In this document: in pieces, positions 54,811 through 64,000 of the stretch
Layout of the letters: every line of letters starts with the position of its first letter
Position numbering within the stretch: position 1 is the stretch's first letter
Assembly: GCA_963705255.1 (NCBI GenBank)
Contig: OY970061.1
Span: 960,001-1,024,000 of the forward strand
Length of the DNA: 64,000 nt
DNA from: an uncultured Methanoregulaceae archaeon
Lineage (GTDB): Archaea > Halobacteriota > Methanomicrobia > Methanomicrobiales > Methanospirillaceae
Direction: 5' to 3'
The notes under the pieces: generated by a model
What the model saw: only the letters and a program-made list of their open reading frames with translations
What the model was told of the DNA's origin: nothing
Databases searched by the model: none
Program-made: the position numbers and the translations under genes

Positions 54811-55195
54811 AAGATTTTCCGGGCCAAGTCTGAGCGCACCGAATATATTTCTGATACGATCCCGTACGAGGCAAAAAATTCCCGGCCCGATCTGAGTTGC
54901 GACAAATTTCTTTTTGGCTCGTACCGAGTTGGGCCAAAAATATTTTTGACGCGATCTGAGGTGAGGCAAATTATTTTTTGGCGCGACCGGGGCGTGTCTG
55001 ACACTGCGTCTTCAGACGTGAATGGTTATTTCCGGGTGGGGGTCACGCTGATTTTTTTGGCTCGTACTGAGTTGAGGCAATTTTATTTTTGCCTCGAACT
55101 GAGTTGAGCCGGAAATTTTTTTGGCGTGAAAGGGCATGAGGCAAAAATATTTCCGGGGCGTACTGAGCCGGGCCGGGAAAATTTTTGAGCGGGGC
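54811..55195. repeat. Degenerate tandem array with a 31-32 bp period, about 11 units in two blocks
   Basis: Units such as AAATTTCTTTTTGGCTCGTACCGAGTTGGGCC, AAAAATATTTTTGACGCGATCTGAGGTGAGGC and AATTTTATTTTTGCCTCGAACTGAGTTGAGCC. Confidence 0.75.
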
Positions 55196-55619
55196 GAGGG
55201 GTACCTGCGGTCTTTGGGTTGTCCAGGATCGGCCGGGTTTTTGAGTGAGTGTGGTACAACGGAGCGGCGGGGAAGTGGTGCCGTTCCGAATCGCTGTTTC
55301 GCGGTTCGTAATTTTACCCGCTTAACCACGTGTTTCAGCGCAGAGAACACCCAACTGCAGGTCTTTGACATTAGAGGGAAAATATTTCGACTACTTTGAG
55401 CACGGCAAAAATTTGTTGCTGAGTTCTTTGCATCAAATCCTGACATGTCAGATGGAAATTAATATGACCTCACAGTCTGAATGAATATCTATGGGAAAGA
55501 TCGGGGAAAAACAAGCTGAATGAGAAGAAACCGGCAGAGCATCTCACGAAGCTGCAGCGGGAAAACCTCGATAAGACCAAAAAAGAGTACGGGTCGGCAC
55601 TGCAACAGCTCAGCCGGCT

Positions 55620-55982
55620 TTAATCATCCACTACCGTATTCTCTTTTATCCAAGATTCAACTGATGCTCTGCTATAGATGTACGATGCCACATCCAGCAT
55701 GAATACGACGACAGCTTCATTTGAGGCACTGATCCTGCAATGATGTTCCCTTACGAGGTTATCAGCAGTAACGAGGGCGGTCCGCTTGTTGCCATCGATA
55801 AACGGATGTCCGGTGCAGATTCCATGAAGGGCAACAGCAACCTTCCTGTACATTGTGCGTGAACGGTTCACTTGGTAAACTATGTAGTCGAGTGTTGCAG
55901 GATCCCGCAGGCCGGGCTCTCCGCCGAAGTCACGGATAATATCGTTATGAATTTCGATAACCTGGTCAGCACTCAACACCAT
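55620..55982 (-). CDS. Doc/Fic family toxin
   Basis: HPFIDGNKRT Fic motif; IHNDII..FGG..G.RD. Confidence 0.9.
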   Translation of the reverse strand: MVLSADQVIEIHNDIIRDFGGEPGLRDPATLDYIVYQVNRSRTMYRKVAVALHGICTGHPFIDGNKRTALVTADNLVREHHCRISASNEAVVVFMLDVASYIYSRASVESWIKENTVVDD

Positions 55983-56100
55983 ACCTGCCCACGCAGGAAT
56001 ATTACCGGTCCGGCATGTTCAATTATTCGAACTGCTGTTCACCCAATTCCACCCGTTCGCTATCCTCTGCGATGATCGCCTGTGAAGGATCAGGTTGCCG

Positions 56101-56841
56101 GGAAGGGGATACCCCCACTATGTCCGGAGGGGTACCCACCCCTTGTCCTGAGGGAGGGGGAGGTACCCTCTTGGGTGAAGGGCTCCGGATGGTATAACCC
56201 AGCTTTTGTCATATCCTTGCTCCGTCTGATAGGGGGTCTGTCATGGAGTACTACCCAACCGGGCCCGTACAGGGCTCCGATTCCCGGTTTTTCCGGGAAC
56301 AGAGACAGTAATTCCGAAAAATGATACAGTAATTCATGCAAATCCGGTCATTTTTACGTCTGAAACCATGAGACGCTATTTGGGTGTATTTGGATGGCAG
56401 ATCTCAGCCCGGATTGATGTTTAGTATCTGCAACTCGGAAAAACAGCGTTTTTCCTCAACGCTCGGGTCGGCCCGACCCTCAGGGAATATCCGGCTGGAA
56501 AAGATTACGAAGAATCCCTACGGATTCTTCTCATCCTCAACATTCTGATGAACGTCTCGGAATCCGAAGGGATCTTCGACTTGCGAATCATTCCAGACTG
56601 TCAGAACATGGAACCGGAGGGGGGGGTACCCCTCATGTACTCAGAGGGGTGGGGGGGAGGTACCCCCCTGGCTGACACGGGCCGGATAACCGGGTCTATC
56701 GACTGTGATCCCACAAGAAGCGCCGGTCGGATGCCTGGAGCCGGAGGGGCTGGGTACCCCTTGTGTACTCAGTGGGGTGGGGGGTGCCTCCCTTCCTCGG
56801 AGGGGTACCCCCTCTCTCAACAGGATAGGCTCCCACCCCCC
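56101..56841. repeat. Cluster of G-run/GGTACC/C-run palindromes, including a ~46-bp imperfect direct repeat
   Basis: About seven GG(G)TACCC-type sites; 56610-56657 vs 56737-56784 share GGA.CCGGAGGGG..GGGTACCCC...TGTACTCAG.GGGGTGGGGGG. Confidence 0.7.
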
Positions 56842-56944
56842 AAAGAGCGATTGAAAATTGTTGAGATGCGACAATGCGATGCGGAACGATTGGGAATTAA
56901 TCGGGGAAGACTGCTAAACCCCTAAAAAATTAATCCTCTTTTTC

Positions 56945-57157
56945 TCATTCTCTAAGTTCGCGTTCAAGTTCATTTACTATGGTCCGAATCACGTCCGATC
57001 TGGTATTAATTTCTCTTACCAGGATATTGGAACGACGGTCCAACCGCTCTATCTCGTCATGAATCCTCTCGAGCTCCCCAATCCCTTTTGTATTTTCTTC
57101 AAGCAGAGCACGTCCTTTTACAAGGCTCCCCCTCATCGAACTGGTAATTTTCTTCAT
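56945..57157 (-). CDS. Small coiled-coil hypothetical protein
   Basis: Heptad-rich 70-aa ORF. Confidence 0.5.
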   Translation of the reverse strand: MKKITSSMRGSLVKGRALLEENTKGIGELERIHDEIERLDRRSNILVREINTRSDVIRTIVNELERELRE

Positions 57158-57264
57158 ATTTCACTGAGAGGTCGAACTTATATCAAAATATATTGTGAGC
57201 GGCTTTCGTGGGGTTTCAGGATCAAAAGACAATAATTAACGTGTTGAAATATAATCAGGGAACT

Positions 57265-57906
57265 ATGTTTTGCCAGAAATGCGGGAAGGAAAACCCCGAC
57301 ACTGCAAAATTCTGTAATGCTTGTGCTGCACCTCTTACGTTGATGCCAATGCAACAACCCGAACCGGAGTTGATTCCGAAACCTGCACTCGAACCAATAA
57401 AATGTAGATGCTGTGGCACAATGATCCAACCTTGGGAAAAATATTGCAGTAAATGTTTAGTGATACCATCGACTGATACCGGTTCACAATCTCAACAAAA
57501 AGATGCAACCGGATCCTTCTTCAAAACTACGGAGAACCGTAATATCGTAATAATCAGTATTATATTCCTCTTTCTAATCTTCGTCGTTTGTATAATACTA
57601 TCATCCGGGTCATCCGGACCCGAAAATGTAAAAGATGTGATTAAAGCCAGCGGGGGAGAATATTCCACAAGAACAAATTTCTTATCGGGAACAAAAACAT
57701 ATACCGTTGATATGACGTTTACGAATACAGGTAGTGAACCCCATACCTTCTTTGGGGGAATATCAATCTTTAATTCCGATTATACTACGTCAAACTATAA
57801 AGGTGAGACCATGACATTACCCCCCGGGGATTCAAAAACAATTACTGAAACATTCACTACGGATTATTCGTTTAATTTCGGTGGGCTATCTTATAAGGTT
57901 GAATAA
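57265..57906 (+). CDS. Double zinc-ribbon membrane protein with an extracellular Ig-like domain
   Basis: MFCQKCGKEN...FCNAC, CRCCG...YCSKC, one TM, FTNTG and LPPGDSKT. Confidence 0.8.
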   Translation: MFCQKCGKENPDTAKFCNACAAPLTLMPMQQPEPELIPKPALEPIKCRCCGTMIQPWEKYCSKCLVIPSTDTGSQSQQKDATGSFFKTTENRNIVIISIIFLFLIFVVCIILSSGSSGPENVKDVIKASGGEYSTRTNFLSGTKTYTVDMTFTNTGSEPHTFFGGISIFNSDYTTSNYKGETMTLPPGDSKTITETFTTDYSFNFGGLSYKVE

Positions 57907-57981
57907 CTATTTTTTTACGCTCTTCCATTCGGGTTTCTTCGATCATGAAACATAACTTTACAGAAGCGAGAAGCTGAAAAA

Positions 57982-58066
57982 TGCGAGGGAGGGGATTCGA
58001 ACCCCCGAACTCCTTCGAGACCAGGCCCTGAACCTGGCGCCTTTAACCGGGCTTGGCAACCCTCGC
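57982..58066 (-). tRNA. tRNA-Leu(CAG)
   Basis: GCGAGGG TTGCCAAGCCCGGTTAAAGGCG CCAGG TT CAG GG CCTGG, long variable arm, GGGGGTTCGAATCCCCT CCCTCGC A. Confidence 0.95.
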
Positions 58067-58106
58067 ATGTATCTTTCTTACACAATATCACGCCAACACC
58101 ACGACG

Positions 58107-58151
58107 TAGGCCCTGAACCTATCGCCTTTGACCTGGCTCGGCGATCCTCGC
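58107..58151 (-). pseudogene. 5' half of a second, divergent tRNA-Leu(CAG)
   Basis: GCGAGGATCGCCGAGCCAGGTCAAAGGCGATAGGTTCAGGGCCTA; acceptor 5' strand, D arm and anticodon arm only. Confidence 0.75.
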
Positions 58152-58256
58152 GCCTGTATAGTTTACCCGCCCGATTTAATAAAGGTAAGGGAGATGAGGT
58201 GTGAGACGGGGGAGATGGTAGGGGATGATGGGTTAGACGGAGGGAGATGAGGGAGA

Positions 58257-60120
58257 CTACGTCCTCCGGTTGTTGTTGCTCTCGGCCAGGAACTTCTTCT
58301 GCTCCTGCTCCCGGAGATCCTTCCTGCGGATCTTGCCGGAGATCGTCTTGGGGAGCGAGTCCACGAACTCGATGATCCGGGGATACTTGTAGGGGGCGGT
58401 CACCTTCTTGACATGGTCCTGGATCTCGCGGATCAGCGCCTCGGTCGGGCTGATGCCGGGCTTGACGATGATGAAGGCCTTCACGACGAGGCCGCGGATA
58501 TCGTCCGGCGACCCGACGACCGCCGCCTCGGCAACGGCCGGGTGCTCGATAAGCGCACTCTCGACCTCGAATGGCCCGATCCGGTAGCCGGAGGCCTTGA
58601 TCACGTCGTCGTCCCTTCCGATGAACCAGAGGTACCCGTCCTCGTCGCGGTACGCCTTGTCCCCGGTATAGTACCAGTCGCCGACGAACGATTTTTTGTT
58701 CTCCTCGGGGTTGTTGAGATATTCCCGGAACATCCCGACGGGGCGGGGGGTCATCTTTATCGCAATCCTTCCTTCCTCGTGGTCCGCGACGACCTTGCCG
58801 TTGTCGTCGTGGAGCTCGATCTGCCAGCCGGGGGAGGGCTTCCCCATCGACCCGAACTTGGGGATCATGCCGGGGAAGGTCCCGATGCAGAGGACGGTCT
58901 CGGTCTGGCCGTAGCCTTCGTAGATGGTCAGGCCGGTCGCGTCCTTCCAGGCCTTGATCACTTCGGGGTTCAGGGGTTCGCCGGCGCTCACGCAGTGCCG
59001 GAGCTCGGAGAAGTCGAACTTGTCGAGGTCGGCGAGGATGAGCATGCGGTAGATGGTCGGCGGGGCACAGAACGTGGAGATGCCGTACTTCTCGATGAGC
59101 GGGAGGATCTCGGTTGGATTGAACCTGCTCCGGATATCGTACACGAAGATAGCGCTCCCCTCGATCCACTGGCCGTAAAACTTGCCCCAGGCGCTCTTCG
59201 CCCACCCGGTATCGGAGAGCGTTAAGTGAAGGTCGTTTGTCCGCAGGTCATGCCAGAAGCGGGCCGTGACGATATGCCCGAGCGGGTAATTGTGGTCATG
59301 GAGCACCATCTTGGGCTCACCGGTGGTGCCGGAAGTGAAGAAGATCACGAGCGGGTCGGTGCTCCGGGTCTTTTTCATACCAGGAAGGTTGACCAGTTTT
59401 GCCGAGACCGGGGCCGGGTAGTCGAGTTCCACCGGGTAACTGATCCAGCCCGGGCGCTTGCCGTCGATAACCATCCGGCAGGTCAGCGAGGGGCACTCCT
59501 TGGCGATCTCGTCGATCTTTGCGGCATGCTCCTCCATGGTGACGACCATCTTGATCTCGGCGATGTTGATCCGGTACTTCAGGTCCTTCGGCGTCAGCAT
59601 CGTGGGGGCCGGGCAGTAGACCGCTCCCCGCTTGATCAGGGCGAGGGTGAAGGTCCACCATTCCGGGACACGGGGGAGCATGATCAGGACGCGGTCGCCC
59701 TTATTGACGCCGTACTTGATCAGCATGTTCACGATCTGGTTCGAGAGACCGCATCAGGTCCCAGAAGGTGAACTTCTTCTCCACCCCCTCCTGGTTCACC
59801 CAGATCATCGCGAGCTTGTTCCGGTCCTTGCCCGCCCAGGCATCGATGACATCGAAGCCGAAGTTGAAAAATTCTGGCACCTCGATGCGGAAATTCCGGT
59901 ACATCTCATCATAATCGGGCATGTTGTGATGATCCGGTCCGGTTACCGGGCCTGCGGAAGGAAGCAGGGTCACCCCTCCCGGACCTGAACCCGGGACCTG
60001 GTGCAGCTGTGCCGCACACGCCTCGCTGATCCAGTCAGAACGGGAAATTTTCCGCTTTTCACAGGATTTATCAATCGTTTCCGTAAGCCGGTCTTCCATC
60101 GTAACAGAGTATCGCACCAT
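58257..60120 (-). CDS. Acyl-CoA synthetase (AMP-binding) with an N-terminal ribbon-helix-helix domain, frameshift near 59745
   Basis: FFTSGTTGEPK, YGQTET, TGD, PKTISGKIRR; N-terminus MVRYSVTMEDRLTETIDKSCEKRKISRSDWISEAC in frame with PEFFNFGFDVID. Confidence 0.88.
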
Positions 60121-60701
60121 ACGGATCCATTTGGTGGTGCGCTTATTACGTTTTTCGATAATTATCTGCACCACAAGGGGTGGGTCCCCGGCAGCATCGA
60201 TAAACCTCCGGGTAGTTGTCCGTGAAGCAAACGGTTGATAAAAATGAGGATATGGGAATCCGGTGGGTGAACCTGGTGGGGATAGACAACGAACCTTGTG
60301 GATACCAGATGGGTTGAATTATACCACAATTTCAGATGTCTCTTACTACGAGCTCTTCTTCGCTGGAAACTCAGCGGCTGCATACAGGTATTAACGGGTA
60401 CAAGTCAAAACGCCCGGTTCACCGGACAGCAACTTCCCTTTTTATCCCGCAACCGGCTTTGCCGTCATAACCCTTTCCCAGGAGTTTTGACGGGAGGTTC
60501 CCGCTCCGGACTCATGCAACCGGATACGTCCTGAACTCCTGACCGAACCGGGCCGGATCATCGCGCGATTCACCGTATCTACCCGGATCTCCCGTTATTT
60601 TTTCGTTTTTGTGGCAACCTTGAAATAGAAACAACCAGCACCTTCTTATTCAGCTCATACTGCGACGTGAAAAACGCCAAAAATTGAAATGAGGCAAGAC
60701 C

Positions 60702-61304
60702 TTGTCGTTTTTTATCATAAGTCCTGATATTTATAACTGGATCGTCCTCCCGCTGCTCATCTTTGTCGCCCAGATCTGCAACGTGAGCCTGGAGACGATC
60801 CGGGTCATCTACGTCTCGAAAGGGATCAAATACCTCGCCCCGGTCATCGCATTCTTTGAGATCGTGATCTGGCTGCTTGCCATAGAGGCGATCCTGACCG
60901 ACATCTCCAATATCGCGATGTTCCTCGGGTTCGCGTTCGGGTTTGCGCTGGGAACGTATGTCGGGCTGGTAATCGACGAGAAGCTTTCCGTCGGGAGGGT
61001 GCTCGTCCGTATCGTGACACCCGGGGGATCCAATGAAGAGATTGTCTCTTTTTTACAACAGGGGAATTACGGGGTGACGAGTCTCGATGCGCAGGGTTCG
61101 CGGGGCGACGTCAAGATGATCCTCTCGCTGGTCAACAGGGCAGAAATTCCCCGGATCATGGAGCATCTCAAAACGACCAACCCGGATGCCTTCTTCTCTA
61201 TCGAAGATGTCCGGTACGTGAACCAGGGCGTGTTCCGGCCCTGGAGGCCCACGGTGTTTACAGGGATGATCCATCCGTTCACCCGGTCCCGGAAAAAGAA
61301 CTGA
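60702..61304 (+). CDS. DUF2179/UPF0316 membrane protein
   Basis: DVS-like NVSLETIR, FFEIVIWL, GFALGTYVG, YGVT..D..G, PDAFFSIEDVR. Confidence 0.85.
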   Translation: MSFFIISPDIYNWIVLPLLIFVAQICNVSLETIRVIYVSKGIKYLAPVIAFFEIVIWLLAIEAILTDISNIAMFLGFAFGFALGTYVGLVIDEKLSVGRVLVRIVTPGGSNEEIVSFLQQGNYGVTSLDAQGSRGDVKMILSLVNRAEIPRIMEHLKTTNPDAFFSIEDVRYVNQGVFRPWRPTVFTGMIHPFTRSRKKN

Positions 61305-61550
61305 TTTTTGTTCCGGTCAGACTGAGCGGTGAAATTTTTAAAATCCGTTCCTTTTTCAATCTGCCTTTTTATCCTGATACCGGGGATCGTGAGGACCGGG
61401 CCGGCAGGCAGGAACCGCTTTTCAGGCTGCGCTTTCCGGCACGACCCGGCTCACGTTTCCGGATAAAAGATCGTCGAAACCGGAGACACTCATGATACCA
61501 TAAAGGTTCTCCATTAGTATTATGATTCAGGGCACAGCATAGTATAGTGG

Positions 61551-62105
61551 ATGGCTGATAAAAAGTACGCTTCATTAAAAATTGAGAATATCGTGGCCTC
61601 GGGAGTCATTGCCGATTCCATCGATCTGGCTGAAGTTTCCGGCAAGATCAAGAGCTGCGAGCTCAATACGAAACGGTTCCCCGGCGCAGTCTATCGTATT
61701 GAGAACCCGAAGATTGCGTCCCTGATCTTCTCCTCCGGTAAAGTCGTGCTGACCGGTATCCGGGACAAAAAAGCGCTCACTGACGGGCTCAACATCATCA
61801 TCAAATCCCTCAAGGCGGCGGGTGTCGACACCTTCAAGGAGCCGAAGGTGGCGATCACCAATATCGTCTGCTCCTATGATATCGGCAAATACATCAACCT
61901 CAACAAGGTGGTCATTACCCTCAACCTGGAGAATATCGAGTACGAGCCCGAACAGTTCCCGGGACTCGTCTACCGCATCAAGGACCCCAAGATCGTCGCA
62001 CTTCTCTTCTCGTCGGGGAAGATCATCCTGACCGGCGGCAAAAATCTTGAAGACATCAAAAAGGGCCTCGATTTCCTCGAGCAAAAGCTCGAGAGCATAA
62101 TGTAA
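61551..62105 (+). CDS. tbp: TATA-box binding protein
   Basis: Two repeats: NIVAS, FPGAVYR, IFSSGKVVLTG and YEPEQFPGLVYR, LFSSGKIILTG. Confidence 0.97.
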   Translation: MADKKYASLKIENIVASGVIADSIDLAEVSGKIKSCELNTKRFPGAVYRIENPKIASLIFSSGKVVLTGIRDKKALTDGLNIIIKSLKAAGVDTFKEPKVAITNIVCSYDIGKYINLNKVVITLNLENIEYEPEQFPGLVYRIKDPKIVALLFSSGKIILTGGKNLEDIKKGLDFLEQKLESIM

Positions 62106-62217
62106 ATTTTTTCAATAACGTATTTCTGAATTTATTTGTTATTTTTTCCTCGTCTTCATTTGTCAGCGGAATCCTTACGTTCGGTTTATCTGACCCGGAC
62201 TCAAAATTACGATGAAC

Positions 62218-62360
62218 GCCGCCGCCCCCGACGGGGCGCCCCCGCGGCGGATCAATTACCTTTCATTGCCTAATACAGGGTAATCTGCCCCGCCGTGGCT
62301 CGAAAGTCTTACGACTTTCTCGACTTCGTGGTTCTAATGAACCACTCAGTTCCACGAATG
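62218..62360. repeat. GC-rich multi-hairpin element of the same family as 17055-17335
   Basis: CCGCCG..CGGCGG, ATTACC..GGTAAT, GAAAGTC-ttac-GACTTTC and GTGGTTC-taat-GAACCAC closed by CGTGG/CCACG. Confidence 0.65.
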
Positions 62361-62433
62361 GGCCCTGAGGCTGGGGTCCTCATATTCGAAGGAGCGTACC
62401 TGAATTTTTACGTGCGGGAACACTCTCCCTGCA

Positions 62434-64000
62434 TCACGACCAGTAGCGGTGCGTCTGGATAAAATTTCGTTCTGCTTTGAGGATCTCCCGGTAGAATGCA
62501 TCTCCTTCCGTGAGCGTGGCAAGTATCCGGGAGGCGATCTCCGGCCCGACACCCCGTGCGGAGAGGGCGATCACCGCCTTCTTCCCGCTTGAGAGGACGA
62601 TATTTGCGTTCTTCAGAAGGCGCTGTTCGACCGCCCGCTCCTCAGCCGACTTCCTGGTCTTCTTCACGGTGGCGTACTGCTCCTCTTCGTAGGGCTTGAG
62701 AGCGGCGACGAGACGGGCCCCGCACTTCGGGCACTGGGGGCGGTCAGCGACACGGGACACGACAGTCCGGCTCTTCCAGTCCCGGCAGTTCATGCAGGCC
62801 AGCAGCACGTCGTCCTGGTCGAGCCTTCTTTTCAGGGTCATGAGCACCGCCTGGTCAGCAGTCGGGGGCGGGATCTGGTCCCGTGAGGAGAGGAGCCCCC
62901 CGGCGCCGATCAGCGAGTGCGGACCAAGGGCGACGCGGATCTCTCCCTGACGGACCCGGCTGACGATGGCAACGGCGGTATCGACATCCATGTATTCCGA
63001 GAACAGCTCCCGGTATGCCTCCTGCTGGACGACCGTGTTGTCGAAAAATTCGAGCAACCGGTGGATACTGATCTTCTCGTAATCGGCGTCAGGATCGATA
63101 GCACCGAATTTCTTTGCAATCTGGACCAGTTTCCACTTGAACAGTGCCGTCCGCTTCAGGGCGAGGCGGAGCACCCCCGGCATATGGGCGGGTTCGAGCG
63201 AGAGCAGGATGTCCCGGACATCGGCAGCCCGGATGGATGACGGCAGCCGGAGGAGCATCCGGTAGGCATCGAGTTCGAGTCCTACGGTTGTCCCGTAGCG
63301 GGCGGAGATCAGGATAGAGATGACCCGCCCCAGCGCCTCGTTGGCCTTGTGGCCGGCACAGACATTGAGGACGACACCATCGTCGGTATTTTCGAGGGTG
63401 ATGAGCTGGTCGGTGGGGATGAGCGAGCGGTTCCGGTCCATCTCGACAAGGAACTTTTCTGCAAAGAGAATCGCCTCCCGTTCCGGAGTATAATCCGCGA
63501 TGTCCCGCTTCCTGCGCATCCCACCGACTTCGCGGGCCACCGAGTACGGTACCGGGATCTGTTCGCCTTCCCAGGAGGGCAGTTCCCCCTGGGCCTTCTT
63601 TGCCGGTTCGACCGTGAGCCTGCCGTCGGCGATCTCCAGTACCCGCCAGAGCTGGCCCTTGGTAATAAAAACGGCCCCGGTATGCACCCAACCGACCACA
63701 AAGGATTCATCGAGGGTGCCGACAGTCCTCCGGGTGACCATATCGAAGACCGGCACTTTCCGCTCGTCGTGGATCATCGAGAGGTTCCCTGCGAGGTAGC
63801 GGCGGGCACGGGCGGTGGTGATGATCCGGGTGCCATCGATCCGGATGAGGCGGTGCTCTTCTATCTGGCGGCAGACATCGTCAAGCAGGGAACCGTAGTC
63901 CGTAAAAACCGCAGAACGTTCCAGTATTTCGCGGATTTTTTGCCGTTCGATCTCCCCGTACTCGACCGCCATTGCCGCGACCTGATTTGCCAGCACGTCC
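62434..64000 (-). CDS. Lhr-like DEAD/DEAH helicase, C-terminal part (5'-partial)
   Basis: DVLANQ, PSWEGE, KWKLVQIAKKFG, CMNC...CPKCG zinc finger, ARGVGP, AERNFIQTHRYW. Confidence 0.88.
   Translation of the reverse strand, partial: DVLANQVAAMAVEYGEIERQKIREILERSAVFTDYGSLLDDVCRQIEEHRLIRIDGTRIITTARARRYLAGNLSMIHDERKVPVFDMVTRRTVGTLDESFVVGWVHTGAVFITKGQLWRVLEIADGRLTVEPAKKAQGELPSWEGEQIPVPYSVAREVGGMRRKRDIADYTPEREAILFAEKFLVEMDRNRSLIPTDQLITLENTDDGVVLNVCAGHKANEALGRVISILISARYGTTVGLELDAYRMLLRLPSSIRAADVRDILLSLEPAHMPGVLRLALKRTALFKWKLVQIAKKFGAIDPDADYEKISIHRLLEFFDNTVVQQEAYRELFSEYMDVDTAVAIVSRVRQGEIRVALGPHSLIGAGGLLSSRDQIPPPTADQAVLMTLKRRLDQDDVLLACMNCRDWKSRTVVSRVADRPQCPKCGARLVAALKPYEEEQYATVKKTRKSAEERAVEQRLLKNANIVLSSGKKAVIALSARGVGPEIASRILATLTEGDAFYREILKAERNFIQTHRYWS

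Noticed and set aside
54811-55195. CRISPR array
   Set aside because: Units are degenerate and contiguous, with no unique spacers and no cas genes
2187-60120. Frameshifts in pycB, ecfA, rtcB, cheR, MCP, cheW, ade, the MerA-like gene, dnaK, the kinase and the acyl-CoA synthetase as pseudogenes or programmed frameshifts
   Set aside because: They are single-base indels scattered through otherwise intact housekeeping genes, several at homopolymer runs, which is typical of long-read consensus error
61388-61456. Long imperfect hairpin upstream of tbp (CGTGAG...CTCACG)
   Set aside because: Many mismatches and none of the junction motifs of the hairpin family; insufficient support

Overview
Archaeal chromosomal segment from a hydrogenotrophic methanogen, most consistent with Methanomicrobiales (Methanoregula-like). 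The assignment rests on methanogenesis marker 10 and marker 8 genes, npdG, TBP, RtcB/archease and an intron-containing tRNA-Met. In order, the window holds: a biotin/pyruvate carboxylase cluster with a BirA box (0.7-7.9 kb); rtcB-archease and secFD-trx-npdG; an AT-rich insert (15.6-18.2 kb); a chemoreceptor/CheW/CheR block (20-31 kb); a ~17 kb stress island; a degraded island next to tRNA-Leu with two toxin-antitoxin modules and two unusual repeat arrays; an RHH-fused acyl-CoA synthetase; TBP; and an Lhr helicase. About a dozen genes are split by single-base frameshifts, several at homopolymer runs, which most likely reflects long-read assembly error. The best candidate for a new system is the stress island. 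It contains a SOD + ferritin-like cargo + encapsulin + redox-chain operon and a chaperone cluster. Their promoters share a 21-bp box located 21 nt upstream of the TATA element, and the island ends in a sensor kinase and a REC-PadR DNA-binding response regulator. A second candidate is a dispersed family of covarying hairpin elements with three copies in this window. All calls are from manual reading, with no database searches.
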